Source: a virus (Duplodnaviria > Caudoviricetes). Taken from it: a DNA stretch of 64,000 bases. The notes beneath the pieces were generated by a model. The model was not told the DNA's origin. It did not search any database and worked only from the letters and a program-made list of their open reading frames with translations. The stretch spans positions 64,001 through 128,000 of the IMG/VR virus record IMGVR_UViG_3300005614_001084; one strand, written 5' to 3'. Made by a program: the position numbers and the translations under genes. Positions 9,523 to 19,374 of this stretch are shown piece after piece (the first letter of the stretch is position 1; each line of letters starts with the position of its first letter).

Positions 9523-9810
9523 TCAGTCGTCTTCCTCGACTTCGATTTTGGTCTCGCCTCGCAGCGCCGACTGATGCTTCGGCTTCTTCATCACGTGCGA
9601 CATGTAACGCTGCACGATCGTCTTGCACTGCTGGCAAAGAAACGAGAACTCCACGATGTTCTTGTCGTCCATCTGGACCACGAGGCTCTTCGGCGGATCC
9701 GGGATCTTGCCGCCTCTCGCCATCTTCACGACTTCGTCGAGGCTTACCTCCGCCTCGTCCTCTCGCGGACAGCGCGTGCACTGCCGCTTGATCGCCAGGG
9801 TCGCGTTCAC
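9523..9810 (-). CDS. small CxxC protein
   Basis: CTRC...CQQC. Confidence 0.6.
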   Translation of the reverse strand: MNATLAIKRQCTRCPREDEAEVSLDEVVKMARGGKIPDPPKSLVVQMDDKNIVEFSFLCQQCKTIVQRYMSHVMKKPKHQSALRGETKIEVEEDD

Positions 9811-10025
9811 GGCTGCTTCTCCGTGGCCAGGTACATGATGTAGGTCTTCACGATGGCTCGTTCGATGTTGATCAGAGGGGAGGGGTTCGTACTGCCGTTG
9901 GTGCGCTGGCGCTCGATGAACCAGCGCTCGAACTTGGCGATCTCGCCGTTGAGCAGCTCATCAGCTCTTTCCGGCGGGAGCTGCTGCGGGAGCGGGCGGA
10001 TTTTGATTTCGATCTCCAGGTCCAC
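9807..10025 (-). CDS. hypothetical protein
   Basis: Coupled to its neighbours. Confidence 0.55.
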   Translation of the reverse strand: MDLEIEIKIRPLPQQLPPERADELLNGEIAKFERWFIERQRTNGSTNPSPLINIERAIVKTYIMYLATEKQP

Positions 10026-10437
10026 TGGGGCTCTCCTTCGCTACGGGCTTCACGTGACCGTTGCCGTTCGTCTTGGCAGCCGGGGCAGCCGGCTTGGCCT
10101 CGGTCTTCTGCGGTTCTGCCTTCGGCTCCGCAGCGGACGTGACCACCGTCGGAGTGGCGGGCACGACCGGCTCTTTCAGCAGCTCGGCGATGGGAGTGTT
10201 CTCCAGCCGCGTCAGCGAGGTCTGTAGCCCGTCCATGTACTCGACCAGGTCGGCCGAGGTCATCTCGATGTGGTCCGCCGGTACGCGGCCGTGGTCGCTC
10301 CTGGTGACGAACATCTCCGCCATGCCGCCATCGGCCGGCATGTAGTTCGTCTTCAGGTAGAGGACGAGCATCTTCGCCACCGCGATCTTCGACCGCAGTT
10401 CCGAGATCTGCCCGTTGATTTCGCCGACGGTTGCCAT
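9961..10437 (-). CDS. hypothetical protein, Pro/Ala-rich C-terminus
   Basis: ORF with typical codon usage. Confidence 0.6.
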   Translation of the reverse strand: MATVGEINGQISELRSKIAVAKMLVLYLKTNYMPADGGMAEMFVTRSDHGRVPADHIEMTSADLVEYMDGLQTSLTRLENTPIAELLKEPVVPATPTVVTSAAEPKAEPQKTEAKPAAPAAKTNGNGHVKPVAKESPSGPGDRNQNPPAPAAAPAGKS

Positions 10438-10439
10438 GG

Positions 10440-11126
10440 CTATGTGCTGAGGAAGGACCGAATACGGCCCTGTAGATCAGCTCCTGCTCCTGTGTCCTTG
10501 AGGATGTTCTTCAGCGGATAGATCGCCCACTTGCGGTCCACCCGAGCCTGGTCCAGTCGGTCGCCGGCTTGCGCGCCCGTCGCCTTGAGGATGTCCTCGG
10601 TGCGGCTGTGGATGTTGGACTCGAACAGGCCCCGACGGATGTCGCAGTTGCCGTCGAGGTTCAACCACATCCGCATCACGAGGCCTGCCCAACCCTGGAG
10701 CGTGAGGTGTCCGCCGACCTGGCCTGCGAGGTCCTTGGGGCTGACGGCGCGCTTGCAGCGCGGGCACAGCGCCGCCGTCTTCGAGACCCAGCGAAGGTCC
10801 AGCGGGCCCGAGCATGTTCGTCGAGCCCCGTTCTTCTCGACGAGGTTCGGGCAGAAGTACACCACGGCGTCTCCGCCACCCGTGGCCTGGCCCATGTTCT
10901 TCCACGCCGTGATCATGCCGGGGAACGCCTCGTTCACCTTGCGGCCCAAGAAGACCACTTCCAGCTTGTACTCCGCCTGGACCTGATCGAGCTGCGCCTC
11001 TTTGAACAGCGCGTCGAGCTTGCTCTGGACCTCGGCTTCGATGTGGAGATCGTCGGCGCCCTCGGCGTAATCGACCACCCCGTGCGGGACACGGCTCTTT
11101 CCGTCTCGACGTACGAAGTTGTCCAT
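10440..11126 (-). CDS. hypothetical zinc-binding protein
   Basis: Start MDNFVRR with AGAG RBS; CP...C...CPRC. Confidence 0.6.
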   Translation of the reverse strand: MDNFVRRDGKSRVPHGVVDYAEGADDLHIEAEVQSKLDALFKEAQLDQVQAEYKLEVVFLGRKVNEAFPGMITAWKNMGQATGGGDAVVYFCPNLVEKNGARRTCSGPLDLRWVSKTAALCPRCKRAVSPKDLAGQVGGHLTLQGWAGLVMRMWLNLDGNCDIRRGLFESNIHSRTEDILKATGAQAGDRLDQARVDRKWAIYPLKNILKDTGAGADLQGRIRSFLST

Positions 11127-11128
11127 GA

Positions 11129-11563
11129 TCAGCTCTTGGTCGAGGTGGCGACGGCGAGGGCCTTGCTCGCGGTACCGGCGTCGTGTGCCCCCATCATCTT
11201 CCCGCTCGCGGGATCGAAGGGGTAGTCCTTGCGCCCGACCAGCGGCTGCGACACCACCTCGACCGAGGACTGCACGGCGCGGACTGCTGCGGCGCCCAGG
11301 GCTTCCGACGCCGCCTTGACGTCGTTCTGAAGCACGACACGCCACAGGAAGCGGATGTTGTTGGTCTGATCGACGTAGAACCACTTGCTGACGTCGGTGC
11401 TCCACGGCTGTCCCACCGAGGCCAGCAAGAACTCGCTCATGGTCTCGTTCCAGAAGCTGTCCTTGGCGACGCGCAGGAGAACGATGACACGCCCGGGTGC
11501 CGTCTCGGTCTTCGCGATCGAAATGCCGGCACGCTGAAGAAGCTTGTTGAGGGCGATGGCCAT
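11129..11563 (-). CDS. hypothetical protein
   Basis: Operon spacing, GGAG RBS. Confidence 0.6.
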   Translation of the reverse strand: MAIALNKLLQRAGISIAKTETAPGRVIVLLRVAKDSFWNETMSEFLLASVGQPWSTDVSKWFYVDQTNNIRFLWRVVLQNDVKAASEALGAAAVRAVQSSVEVVSQPLVGRKDYPFDPASGKMMGAHDAGTASKALAVATSTKS

Positions 11564-11565
11564 GA

Positions 11566-12078
11566 TCAGACTCCCATGTCGATGATGACGCCGAACGTCG
11601 CGTCGTTGAAGTAGATCGTCGGACCGCCGAGAACGAGAAGCTTGTCGGGGTACTTCTCGTTCTCGTGGTAGCTCACGTTCATGCCGAGGAACGTATCGGG
11701 CTGCGAATGCTCCTCGATCCCGAAGTAGTCGGCGAAGATGTCTCCGGCCGGCGCCAGGATGCCGCAGACGCGCAGACGTTCGTTGCTGATCGTCTTGGTG
11801 GCGAGCCCGAGGTTGAGGTAGGGGTGGGAGTCGGGCTTGAACTCCTGAGTCAGCAGGCGGATCTTGCCCATGAGGAACTCCAGATCGACGTCGATCTTCG
11901 TCTCGGTCTTCGGCAGCACCGGCGAATCGTCCTCGTCCTCCATCAGCCGCGAGACGATGAACTCCTCGGGCGTGACCTCGACCTTCTGGATGCCGCTGAG
12001 CTGCATCACGCGCTTGAACAGCGACACGACACGCTCCACGCCCTTGGGCAGCGGCTCGTTGTGGACCCGCAGCTTCAT
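11566..12078 (-). CDS. hypothetical protein
   Basis: Start MKLRVHNE overlaps the stop of the RHH gene. Confidence 0.6.
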   Translation of the reverse strand: MKLRVHNEPLPKGVERVVSLFKRVMQLSGIQKVEVTPEEFIVSRLMEDEDDSPVLPKTETKIDVDLEFLMGKIRLLTQEFKPDSHPYLNLGLATKTISNERLRVCGILAPAGDIFADYFGIEEHSQPDTFLGMNVSYHENEKYPDKLLVLGGPTIYFNDATFGVIIDMGV

Positions 12079-12269
12079 CGATTCCCCGCGATCGTCTTCA
12101 TGATCTTGCTTCCGTGCTCTTTGATGTGGCGCATGTAGTGCGCCATGGCGTCGTTGATGACGCCGCTCTGCCCCCGAGGATGGTGTGCCGCCTGCTCGCG
12201 GATGAACTCGTGCAGATCGGGCAAGAACCGCACGGTCGTCGGAGGCGTCTTCTTGTCTCCACGGGGCAT
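12075..12269 (-). CDS. ribbon-helix-helix (Arc/CopG-like) transcription regulator
   Basis: TTVRFLPDLHEFIREQA...QSGVINDAMAHYM strand-helix-helix pattern, 64 aa. Confidence 0.7.
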   Translation of the reverse strand: MPRGDKKTPPTTVRFLPDLHEFIREQAAHHPRGQSGVINDAMAHYMRHIKEHGSKIMKTIAGNR

Positions 12270-12309
12270 GTGTATTCGTAGGAATACAAGGAATACACAT
12301 GACCGTCAA
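12270..12309 (-). promoter_or_regulatory. sigma70-type promoter with TGTATTC operator repeats
   Basis: TTGACG-17 nt-TATTCC; TGTATTC occurs twice directly and once inverted. Confidence 0.65.
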
Positions 12310-12588
12310 CTACGTCGGTGCGGCGCCCGTAGGCTCGCGCAGGTTCTGGAGCCCGGCGAGGTAGTCCTTGAGCCCGGGGAAGGCGGGGAAGAGGGCCTGG
12401 AGGCGCACCAGCACCCATTCGTGCATCGCTTCGAGGTCGTGGTCGGCGGTGGTGACGCCTTGAAGCAGCACGGCGTCCCGCAGCTCGCGCTCCAACTCGG
12501 TCTTGAGCCGGGGGTTCACCGCCAGCCAGTACGGCAGCCAGGTCCACCGAATCTCCAACGCGCCATCTCTGATCTGAACGAGCCTCAT
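12310..12588 (-). CDS. hypothetical protein
   Basis: Coupled ORF starting MRLVQIRDG. Confidence 0.55.
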   Translation of the reverse strand: MRLVQIRDGALEIRWTWLPYWLAVNPRLKTELERELRDAVLLQGVTTADHDLEAMHEWVLVRLQALFPAFPGLKDYLAGLQNLREPTGAAPT

Positions 12589-12917
12589 CGCGAATCCCCG
12601 CAATGCACGAAGCGGCCGTTCTGGATGAAGCCGTGCCACTCACACCCCTTCTCGCCGCCCTCGACGTGAATGCTCGGAGCGAACGTCAGCGTGCTGAAGT
12701 CGTTCCGATCGCCCGTCATCTCCCACGTCGCGCCGCTCGGGAACCAGTTCGTGAGAGCCGGGCCACCGTCGAGCGGATGACGCAGCGGTACGCTGAGGTA
12801 GTGATCGTGAATCGGACACTCGAAGACCATCACGACACCAACACGCCCGTTCTCCGAGGCCCAATGCGGGTCGGCCTGCGTCAGCAGTTCGAGCCGCTTC
12901 TCTCGCTCCTTCATCAT
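12585..12917 (-). CDS. DUF6527-like Cys/His protein
   Basis: FECP...W...TLTFAPSI...CEWHGFIQNG pattern. Confidence 0.55.
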   Translation of the reverse strand: MMKEREKRLELLTQADPHWASENGRVGVVMVFECPIHDHYLSVPLRHPLDGGPALTNWFPSGATWEMTGDRNDFSTLTFAPSIHVEGGEKGCEWHGFIQNGRFVHCGDSR

Positions 12918-14572
12918 ACCGATCGGACCGTGGCCTGAAGCAGGTGAGCGGTGGCGGTGAGCTTGTCGTCGCCGTGATCCCAGACGCGCTCCACGGTGAA
13001 CCAGAACGGGGAGTTGGGGGTCAGCGCGCTGAGCTGGAAGGGCACCTCGTACACGATGTTCGCGGTGGTGAACGCCACGGTGGCCTCGGCCGTAACGGTC
13101 AGCGCGGCGTAGGGGTTGCCGGTGCCTGTGCCATAGCTGATGCGGAACCGCGCCGTCTTCGAGGCCGATCCATTCGCATCGGCGGTCAGGTAGAGCCTGA
13201 TCACCGGATTGCTCACCTGCGTGAAGCTCGACCAGCCTGCACGGATGAAGCGACCTCCCAGAGACACGATCGCGTTGCGGACCAGCGCGTCGATGCCGCT
13301 GCCGTTGATGTCGCCGAAGATCATCTGGCAGACGATCGCCGCATTGGTACCGGTCGTACCGTAGAGCTGCGCGACGTACGCGCTTTGCTCTTCGATCCAC
13401 TGCTGGTCGTGGGCGGGCGAACCCGCGATGTGGGAGGTGGCGAAGCGGGTCCAGCCATCGGCACGACCGGCGACGGCGTTGTCGGAGCTGGAGTCAAGCT
13501 TGGTGGTGCGCCACTGGTTCGGGACCACGAGCGCGTAGCGCACTCCCTGGAACGCTCCGCTGGGTGTGGCGGTGTAGCGGCCGTCGAAGACGAGGCCGTC
13601 GCTCGGGCTGGTGTGGGTGCCCGCGATCACAAGAGCTTCGGCGTAGCTGTGCACCTCGCCGGGATCGGCAGACAAGGTGAGCTGCTTGGCGAAGTACGAG
13701 GGCAGCGTCGAAGTGGTGACGCCATGCAGCACTCCGCCCTCGATGAGCTGGAAGTTGCCGGCGGACCCGCTGCCCGCATGCGTGAACCCCTGAGCCGCCG
13801 GCAGCGTGCCACGGCGCGCGTCGTACTCGATCACGGCGGCGCACTTGTCGAACGGGATGCTGGCGCGAGAACCGCTGCCCGGCTGTGCACCAGGAACGCG
13901 ACCGGCGGCACGGTCGATCCAGGCGCGGGGCGCGCCACCCAGGTCGGCGTCGAACGGAGAATGGATCATGGGCGGAGCCTCCAGCGAGAACGTGTCCAGC
14001 GGCGTCTCGATGCCACCGCATCGATCCACCAGAGTTGCGGTGTAGAGCCCGGTGACGTCGACCTCGGGAAGCGCGGCGACGAGCAACGACGTGGCGAGCT
14101 GTGCTCCAGCCGGAGGCGTCGGCGCTGTCTGCGACGGAACGACCATCGTACTGATCGCCGGGGGGAGCGCAGGCACCAAGCTCAGGCTGGTGACGAAGCT
14201 GCTGCCGCTCGGCCCATCCCAGCGCACGCTGAAGCAGGTCACCGGCGGCGTCACATCGCTGCCCACCACGAAGATCTGCCCGTTCTCGGTGTAACTGGCG
14301 AAGAGTGCGATGCCGCCCAGACGGACTTCGCTGCGCTCTCGTCCGCAGCTCTCGCAGCTCGTCACGTTGGCGACGGCGTTCAGCGTCGAGCTGAACAGGC
14401 CCCACGACGTCGTACCACTACCGCCGAGGGTGCTGCCGACCGGCGTGCTACCGACGCCCGAAGGCGTGAAGAACTCCATCCAACGATCAACGGCTACCGC
14501 ATCGCGACGCCGTCTTGTGGCGAAGCGCGTGTAGCCGCAGGTGCAGCGTCGGTTGGGGAAGGTGGCGGGCAC
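12914..14572 (-). CDS. probable virion structural protein (beta-rich)
   Basis: 552 aa, rich in T/S/G/A, in a block with the tail fibre and holin-like genes. Confidence 0.55.
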   Translation of the reverse strand: MPATFPNRRCTCGYTRFATRRRRDAVAVDRWMEFFTPSGVGSTPVGSTLGGSGTTSWGLFSSTLNAVANVTSCESCGRERSEVRLGGIALFASYTENGQIFVVGSDVTPPVTCFSVRWDGPSGSSFVTSLSLVPALPPAISTMVVPSQTAPTPPAGAQLATSLLVAALPEVDVTGLYTATLVDRCGGIETPLDTFSLEAPPMIHSPFDADLGGAPRAWIDRAAGRVPGAQPGSGSRASIPFDKCAAVIEYDARRGTLPAAQGFTHAGSGSAGNFQLIEGGVLHGVTTSTLPSYFAKQLTLSADPGEVHSYAEALVIAGTHTSPSDGLVFDGRYTATPSGAFQGVRYALVVPNQWRTTKLDSSSDNAVAGRADGWTRFATSHIAGSPAHDQQWIEEQSAYVAQLYGTTGTNAAIVCQMIFGDINGSGIDALVRNAIVSLGGRFIRAGWSSFTQVSNPVIRLYLTADANGSASKTARFRISYGTGTGNPYAALTVTAEATVAFTTANIVYEVPFQLSALTPNSPFWFTVERVWDHGDDKLTATAHLLQATVRSV

Positions 14573-14589
14573 CGCCCGAGCTTACCCCA

Positions 14590-14817
14590 CTACTTGGACG
14601 AACCGCCAGTCTTGATCTCCGGACGAAGAAGACCGGGGCGGCTGTTGCGCACCTTCCGGCTCTCCATGCGGAGCAAACGGCCCTCCTTCCTCACGCTCTC
14701 CGCCGCGTTGGCGACGCGCTGTATGGCGTCGGGGATGTCGCTCGCCGCATGTTCCATGGAGTCCACCATGGTGCGGCGAATCGTGTCGTCTTCGCGGCGC
14801 TTGGTCTCATCGGCCAT
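14590..14817 (-). CDS. hypothetical protein
   Basis: GAGGAGG RBS. Confidence 0.55.
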   Translation of the reverse strand: MADETKRREDDTIRRTMVDSMEHAASDIPDAIQRVANAAESVRKEGRLLRMESRKVRNSRPGLLRPEIKTGGSSK

Positions 14818-15244
14818 GATCGTTCCTCCTCATGTTGCGCAAGTCTTCTGCGATCTCGCGCATCGCGTTCTTCGCCTCCGATACGGTGTCTTTCATTCCT
14901 TCGAGCATGATCGCTGTGTTGTTCAGAACGCTGGTGGTCTGCTTCAGCAAGTCAACGAACTTCTCTTGGCTCGCCTCGATGTCCTTCCGACGCTCTCGGT
15001 TTAGCTCAGCCATCTCCGCCGAGCACTGCTTGGTCAGGGCTTCGACTTTCGCCTGGTGTTCGGCTGCGTCCTTGAGGCGTCCCTGCTGCGCTTCGTCGAT
15101 CTTGCCGTAGAGCTTCTCCTGCTGCGCCGTCGACCAGCGCCAGAGGAATACGATAACCACCGCGAACGCGATGACAACGATGCCCAGAACGCCATACTGC
15201 AACAGTTGACCTGTGGCATTGTGGATCTGCTCTGCCTCTTCCAT
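14807..15244 (-). CDS. holin-like membrane protein (single TM plus coiled coil)
   Basis: LLQYGVLGIVVIAFAVVIVFLWR transmembrane segment followed by a coiled coil; lies downstream of the tail fibre gene. Confidence 0.5.
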   Translation of the reverse strand: MEEAEQIHNATGQLLQYGVLGIVVIAFAVVIVFLWRWSTAQQEKLYGKIDEAQQGRLKDAAEHQAKVEALTKQCSAEMAELNRERRKDIEASQEKFVDLLKQTTSVLNNTAIMLEGMKDTVSEAKNAMREIAEDLRNMRRNDHGR

Positions 15245-15274
15245 ACCCAGCTCCCAATGAGGCGTTGATCGAAC

Positions 15275-17677
15275 TCAGAGATCCATCGGATGCTTCAGAA
15301 CGCACATCTGATCGATCTCGAAGTAATAGTTCGAGGTTGTGCCGGTCGCGCCGAGGAACGAGAAGCCCACGGTGTCGAGCGTCGCGCCGATCCAGTTCGA
15401 GCTGAGGGCCGAGCCCTTGTCAGCGGCATACTTCTGATCGGTGGCGAAATCGAAGAGATGAGCGCCAGAGCTGGAACCAGGGAAGTCGGCGTAGTGCTCG
15501 CACTTCCACTGCGGCTTGCCCCCCGAAGGGTGGCGCTGAACCATCGTCGAGCGGAAGGGAACGACCAACGACCGCTCGTCTGCCGACGACATCAGGCCAC
15601 CGATGTTGATCCACGACGGCGTACCGTTGGAGATGAAGGCACCTGCCGCTCCCTCGACCAACGCCCCGCGAGTCGCGGTACCGACCTGGGCCTGAGCACA
15701 AGCCGCAAAATGGCTGAGACCCGATGCCTTGTTCATCAGCATCGACGGGCCCATCGAGTACCACTCGGTGTAGTGCGTGAAGTCGGCGACACCCACCAAA
15801 CGGAACTGGAAGATGAAACGGCGCACATCCGTGTGCACCAGCGGCAGGGTCAGGTCGTTGATGTAGATCGTGGCGAGCTGATTGCCCGTGAGCTTCGTCG
15901 GGAACGCGATGCGGAGGCGAGGACCTTCACGGCCCGTTACCATGCTCATCGTGAGCGAACCGCTGCTGAGCGTATCCCAGCCCACGGTGAACTGCGAAGC
16001 ATCGGACTCGTTCCACCTCCAGATCACCGGACTGCCCACGTGGGTGTCGACGTAGTTCTTCGTCGCGACGTCCTGCGCCGAAGAGGGATCAGCGACATTC
16101 CGAAGCTGCTGACCGGCGAAGGCGGCCGGGCCCGTCAGATGAGAGGCCAGCGAGACGAGGTTGGCCCCGTCGAGGAACATGTTGTTGGTCTGCCCGAGGT
16201 TGACCGCGTCTTGCAGAGAGACGCCCCCAGCGATGTTGGTGATCTTGTGGCCGTTGAAGTCGAAGTCGACCGAAGCGCTGTGGATCGCGTTCTGGATGTT
16301 GGAGGGATCATTGGCCGCGGTGTTGGCGGCACTCGCTGCTGCGCTATCGGCGTAGTTCTTGTTCGCGGCGTCACTGCCGCTGGAGGGACCCGACAGGTTG
16401 ACGATCTTGTGGCCGTTGACCGAAACGTCGCCAGTAGACGACGCCAGTGCCGAACGAACGGCACCCTCCGTGACCCCGCCGCCCGCCGGCCATGCCGGTG
16501 GATCGGGCAGAGAGCCCGCGAATCCAGCCGCGGTGCTCGGGCCGCTCCAGTCGACCCGATCCACCATGACGTAGCGCTGAACATCGCCATCGAGCTTGCC
16601 GGTGAAGAACGGGACGTAGGCGTCGTGGATCGGAGCGTACGAACTGTCGAGCAGCGTCGTGAAGGGATCATCCTCCAGGCTGATCTCGACCTTCGTCCCA
16701 GTCGTCTTGATCGTGAGGCGGACGTTGAAGTAGACGCTGTCCCCGATGTCGAGTGTGATGGGCTCGTCGTGGAGGACCGTGTTCCGGATGGTGACCAGCG
16801 ACCACGATCGAGCGGACTCCGCCCAGTTCGCAGAGAAGAGGATAGCGTTCGTGACGCCGCTGTCTCCGATTCCGCCTCCGACGCCGAAAGCGTAATGGCA
16901 CTGCGTATCCGACGTGGTCTGCGTCTGATCGATGGGAAACATCGCACGCCATTCGAGGACCAGCGGGCCCGAGGGGCCGAGCATGCGGCCCCAACCCGGC
17001 TTGATGACGAAACAGTCCGAGCCCGGCAGCGCGAAGCCAACCACGCCGACGGAGTCGAAGTACGGCAACGCCGCGAACTGTACGCCGATGTTTTCGGGTG
17101 AGCTGATCCAGCCGTCCCCGGCGCCGATGAAGTTGTCGCTGGTGTCGGATCCGCCGCCACCACCACCTGCGGCCACCGCCTCGACTGCGTTGGTGATCTC
17201 CCACACCCACTCCGCCCAGTCGCGCCAGTTCTGCGCGGAGATCCCGCGACCAGCGAGATCGGCGTAGAAGGCGTTGTCTTCGCTGAGGGCAGGGTTGTGC
17301 GCATTGAGCGTCGCTCCCGGAGGCGCAGACTCCGAGAACACGAGGGCCCGCAGCCCGGCAGCGACCGTCCGAACCGAGGCGATACGTACCGACTTGGTGA
17401 TCGTGACGCCGTCGTTGGCAGTGAGCTGGATCCGGAAGGCGCACGGTGGCGTGATGTCACCGAACGGTCCGATGGTCACCGACGTGCCGGTGGTCGCCGA
17501 CAGCGTCGCGGCAGATCCCACGACGTCCAGCAGCTCCCACGTATAGCTGACGCCGGGTCCGGGGGCCGGAGAGGTCGCGACGAGTGTGATGACCTCGCCC
17601 GGAACGAGATCGTGACGTGTGACATCCGGCGTTCCGGATCCGGGGGTCGCTTGATCGATCCTGAACTGTGCCGCCAT
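15275..17677 (-). CDS. tail fibre / receptor-binding protein
   Basis: Three NGHKIxNxxxPxxxxDAANKNYVD-type trimeric fibre repeats between beta-rich domains. Confidence 0.7.
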   Translation of the reverse strand: MAAQFRIDQATPGSGTPDVTRHDLVPGEVITLVATSPAPGPGVSYTWELLDVVGSAATLSATTGTSVTIGPFGDITPPCAFRIQLTANDGVTITKSVRIASVRTVAAGLRALVFSESAPPGATLNAHNPALSEDNAFYADLAGRGISAQNWRDWAEWVWEITNAVEAVAAGGGGGGSDTSDNFIGAGDGWISSPENIGVQFAALPYFDSVGVVGFALPGSDCFVIKPGWGRMLGPSGPLVLEWRAMFPIDQTQTTSDTQCHYAFGVGGGIGDSGVTNAILFSANWAESARSWSLVTIRNTVLHDEPITLDIGDSVYFNVRLTIKTTGTKVEISLEDDPFTTLLDSSYAPIHDAYVPFFTGKLDGDVQRYVMVDRVDWSGPSTAAGFAGSLPDPPAWPAGGGVTEGAVRSALASSTGDVSVNGHKIVNLSGPSSGSDAANKNYADSAAASAANTAANDPSNIQNAIHSASVDFDFNGHKITNIAGGVSLQDAVNLGQTNNMFLDGANLVSLASHLTGPAAFAGQQLRNVADPSSAQDVATKNYVDTHVGSPVIWRWNESDASQFTVGWDTLSSGSLTMSMVTGREGPRLRIAFPTKLTGNQLATIYINDLTLPLVHTDVRRFIFQFRLVGVADFTHYTEWYSMGPSMLMNKASGLSHFAACAQAQVGTATRGALVEGAAGAFISNGTPSWINIGGLMSSADERSLVVPFRSTMVQRHPSGGKPQWKCEHYADFPGSSSGAHLFDFATDQKYAADKGSALSSNWIGATLDTVGFSFLGATGTTSNYYFEIDQMCVLKHPMDL

Positions 17678-17727
17678 GCCGACGAGCATAGCAGAAGACC
17701 CCCGTCAACCCGAAGTCCCTACAGGGT

Positions 17728-17769
17728 GCAAAGAGAAAAGGGACCACGGGCCGAAGCCTGTGGTCCCTT
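17728..17769 (-). terminator. intrinsic terminator
   Basis: AAGGGACCACAGGC-TTCG-GCCCGTGGTCCCTT-TTCTCTTT on the minus strand. Confidence 0.75.
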
Positions 17770-17772
17770 GCC

Positions 17773-18174
17773 TCACGCGTTGTCGCAGCCGGGCGGATCC
17801 TCGGTATCGATCCCATGGGAGGCGAGAAATCTCTTCCTCGTCTCGGGATCCATCTTCTCCGCCATATCGAGCAGGCTCGTCACCTCCTTCACCTGCCGCT
17901 CGATCTCTGGCGGGATCGTTCTCATCTTCGTAGACGGCTTGATCGGAAGCACAGGAGCCAGTCTCTTGCCAAGCGGCTTCGCCGACAGGCCTGGCGCCTG
18001 GAACAACGCCTTCTCCTCCATCGCCGCCTGCCACCGCCTCACCTCGAAGTCGTGGAGCTTGGCTGCGTGTGCACGGCGCCCCTCTTCTTTCGAATCCAGA
18101 TGCATGATCAACCGCCACGATACCGCAGCGGACAAGATCACAGCCGTGAACGCGATGAATCCCCACGTGAGCAT
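17773..18174 (-). CDS. membrane protein (N-terminal TM)
   Basis: Starts MLTWGFIAFTAVILSAAVSW. Confidence 0.55.
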   Translation of the reverse strand: MLTWGFIAFTAVILSAAVSWRLIMHLDSKEEGRRAHAAKLHDFEVRRWQAAMEEKALFQAPGLSAKPLGKRLAPVLPIKPSTKMRTIPPEIERQVKEVTSLLDMAEKMDPETRKRFLASHGIDTEDPPGCDNA

Positions 18175-18176
18175 GA

Positions 18177-18587
18177 TCACCTCAGAAGCTTGTCCACGTC
18201 CTCGCGGTCGGCGGTGAAGAACACCGACGGCAGCTTGATCCGGATGATGTCGTCGCCGAAGCTGGTCCGGATGTGCTTGTTGCTCTCCTGCTCGGCGAGC
18301 CACTTGATGAACACGACGATACCGCCGACCTCCAGGTCGGGGATGGGGATGCGGGTGAGCGGATGCTCCAGCTTCCGACCACCGTACGTGGTGAAGCCGT
18401 AGGCGAGCACCTCGCCCATCGCGTGGATGCCGGAGTCTCCGTGATCACCCACCGTCTTCGGTACGATGATGCCACCCGAGGTCTTCTCTCGGAGCGGCAT
18501 CACCTTGACGAGCACGTCCTCGTTGATGAGCCGGATCTTGCGGCCATCGGCGAAGACGTACTCGTTATGCGGGAGTCTCTTCTTCAC
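18177..18587 (-). CDS. groES: co-chaperonin GroES/Cpn10-like protein
   Basis: IRLINEDVLVK...EKTSGGIIVP...GEVLAYG...LEVGGIVVF matches the Cpn10 mobile loop and core. Confidence 0.75.
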   Translation of the reverse strand: MKKRLPHNEYVFADGRKIRLINEDVLVKVMPLREKTSGGIIVPKTVGDHGDSGIHAMGEVLAYGFTTYGGRKLEHPLTRIPIPDLEVGGIVVFIKWLAEQESNKHIRTSFGDDIIRIKLPSVFFTADREDVDKLLR

Positions 18588-18590
18588 CGA

Positions 18591-19340
18591 TCACTCCTTC
18601 GTGTCGGCCTTGGTCATGTCGGTCTGCGGCGCCGAGGTCTCCGGCGGACGGCTGCGATCCGCCAGCACCTGTGTATAGAGCACCTGCGTGTTCTGCACCG
18701 CTTCCTCGTCGGTCGCACCGTAAGCCATGACGCCCGGCACGCTCTCCGCCACGCAGAGATAGCGGCCGTCGGTCTCCAGCTCGACCTCGGCCTCGACCGT
18801 CTCGCTGAGATGGTTGCCGATCAGCATGGTCTTGCGCGGGTACTGAGGCTCGGCCCGATCCGCGGTCTCCGGTGCCGGAGCCGCACTCTCCAACGCCGTG
18901 ACCGGCTTGAAGTGCATGTTCGTCGCGCGCGCGACCTCGTCGATCAGGCGATCGGTCTCGAAGGGCTGGCCGGCGTTGATGCGATCGACGATCGTGTGTG
19001 CGTCCAGGCCGCTGTCCTGGAGACTCTTGCACACGCCGAGGATGCGATCCGGCGTCGAATCCGCCAGCGTGTAGAGGTTGCGCCGGCCGTCCATGATGAG
19101 GATCGGCTTGTCGGGGTTGGGCATCGGCTTCGGTGTCCGGTACTCGACGCTGACCTGGATCGCGAGGCCCTCGACGACGAACCCGTCGGAGCCCGTGCGC
19201 TCGATGTGCTTCTTCTGCACGACGCCGACCGCGTCGATGGGCTCACCGGCCGAGTTCGTCGGCAGATCGGCGAAGAGGGCGTCGACGAGCTGGTGAGCCT
19301 GCTGACGCAAGGATTCGAGCTTGTGATCGTTCTGGGGCAT
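18591..19340 (-). CDS. protein with C-terminal HicB-like domain
   Basis: ELETDGRYLCVAESVPGVMAYGATDEEAVQN resembles the HicB N-terminal signature. Confidence 0.6.
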   Translation of the reverse strand: MPQNDHKLESLRQQAHQLVDALFADLPTNSAGEPIDAVGVVQKKHIERTGSDGFVVEGLAIQVSVEYRTPKPMPNPDKPILIMDGRRNLYTLADSTPDRILGVCKSLQDSGLDAHTIVDRINAGQPFETDRLIDEVARATNMHFKPVTALESAAPAPETADRAEPQYPRKTMLIGNHLSETVEAEVELETDGRYLCVAESVPGVMAYGATDEEAVQNTQVLYTQVLADRSRPPETSAPQTDMTKADTKE

Positions 19341-19374
19341 GGATCGTCTCCTTCTTGGGTTCTCTGGGGTAGGA

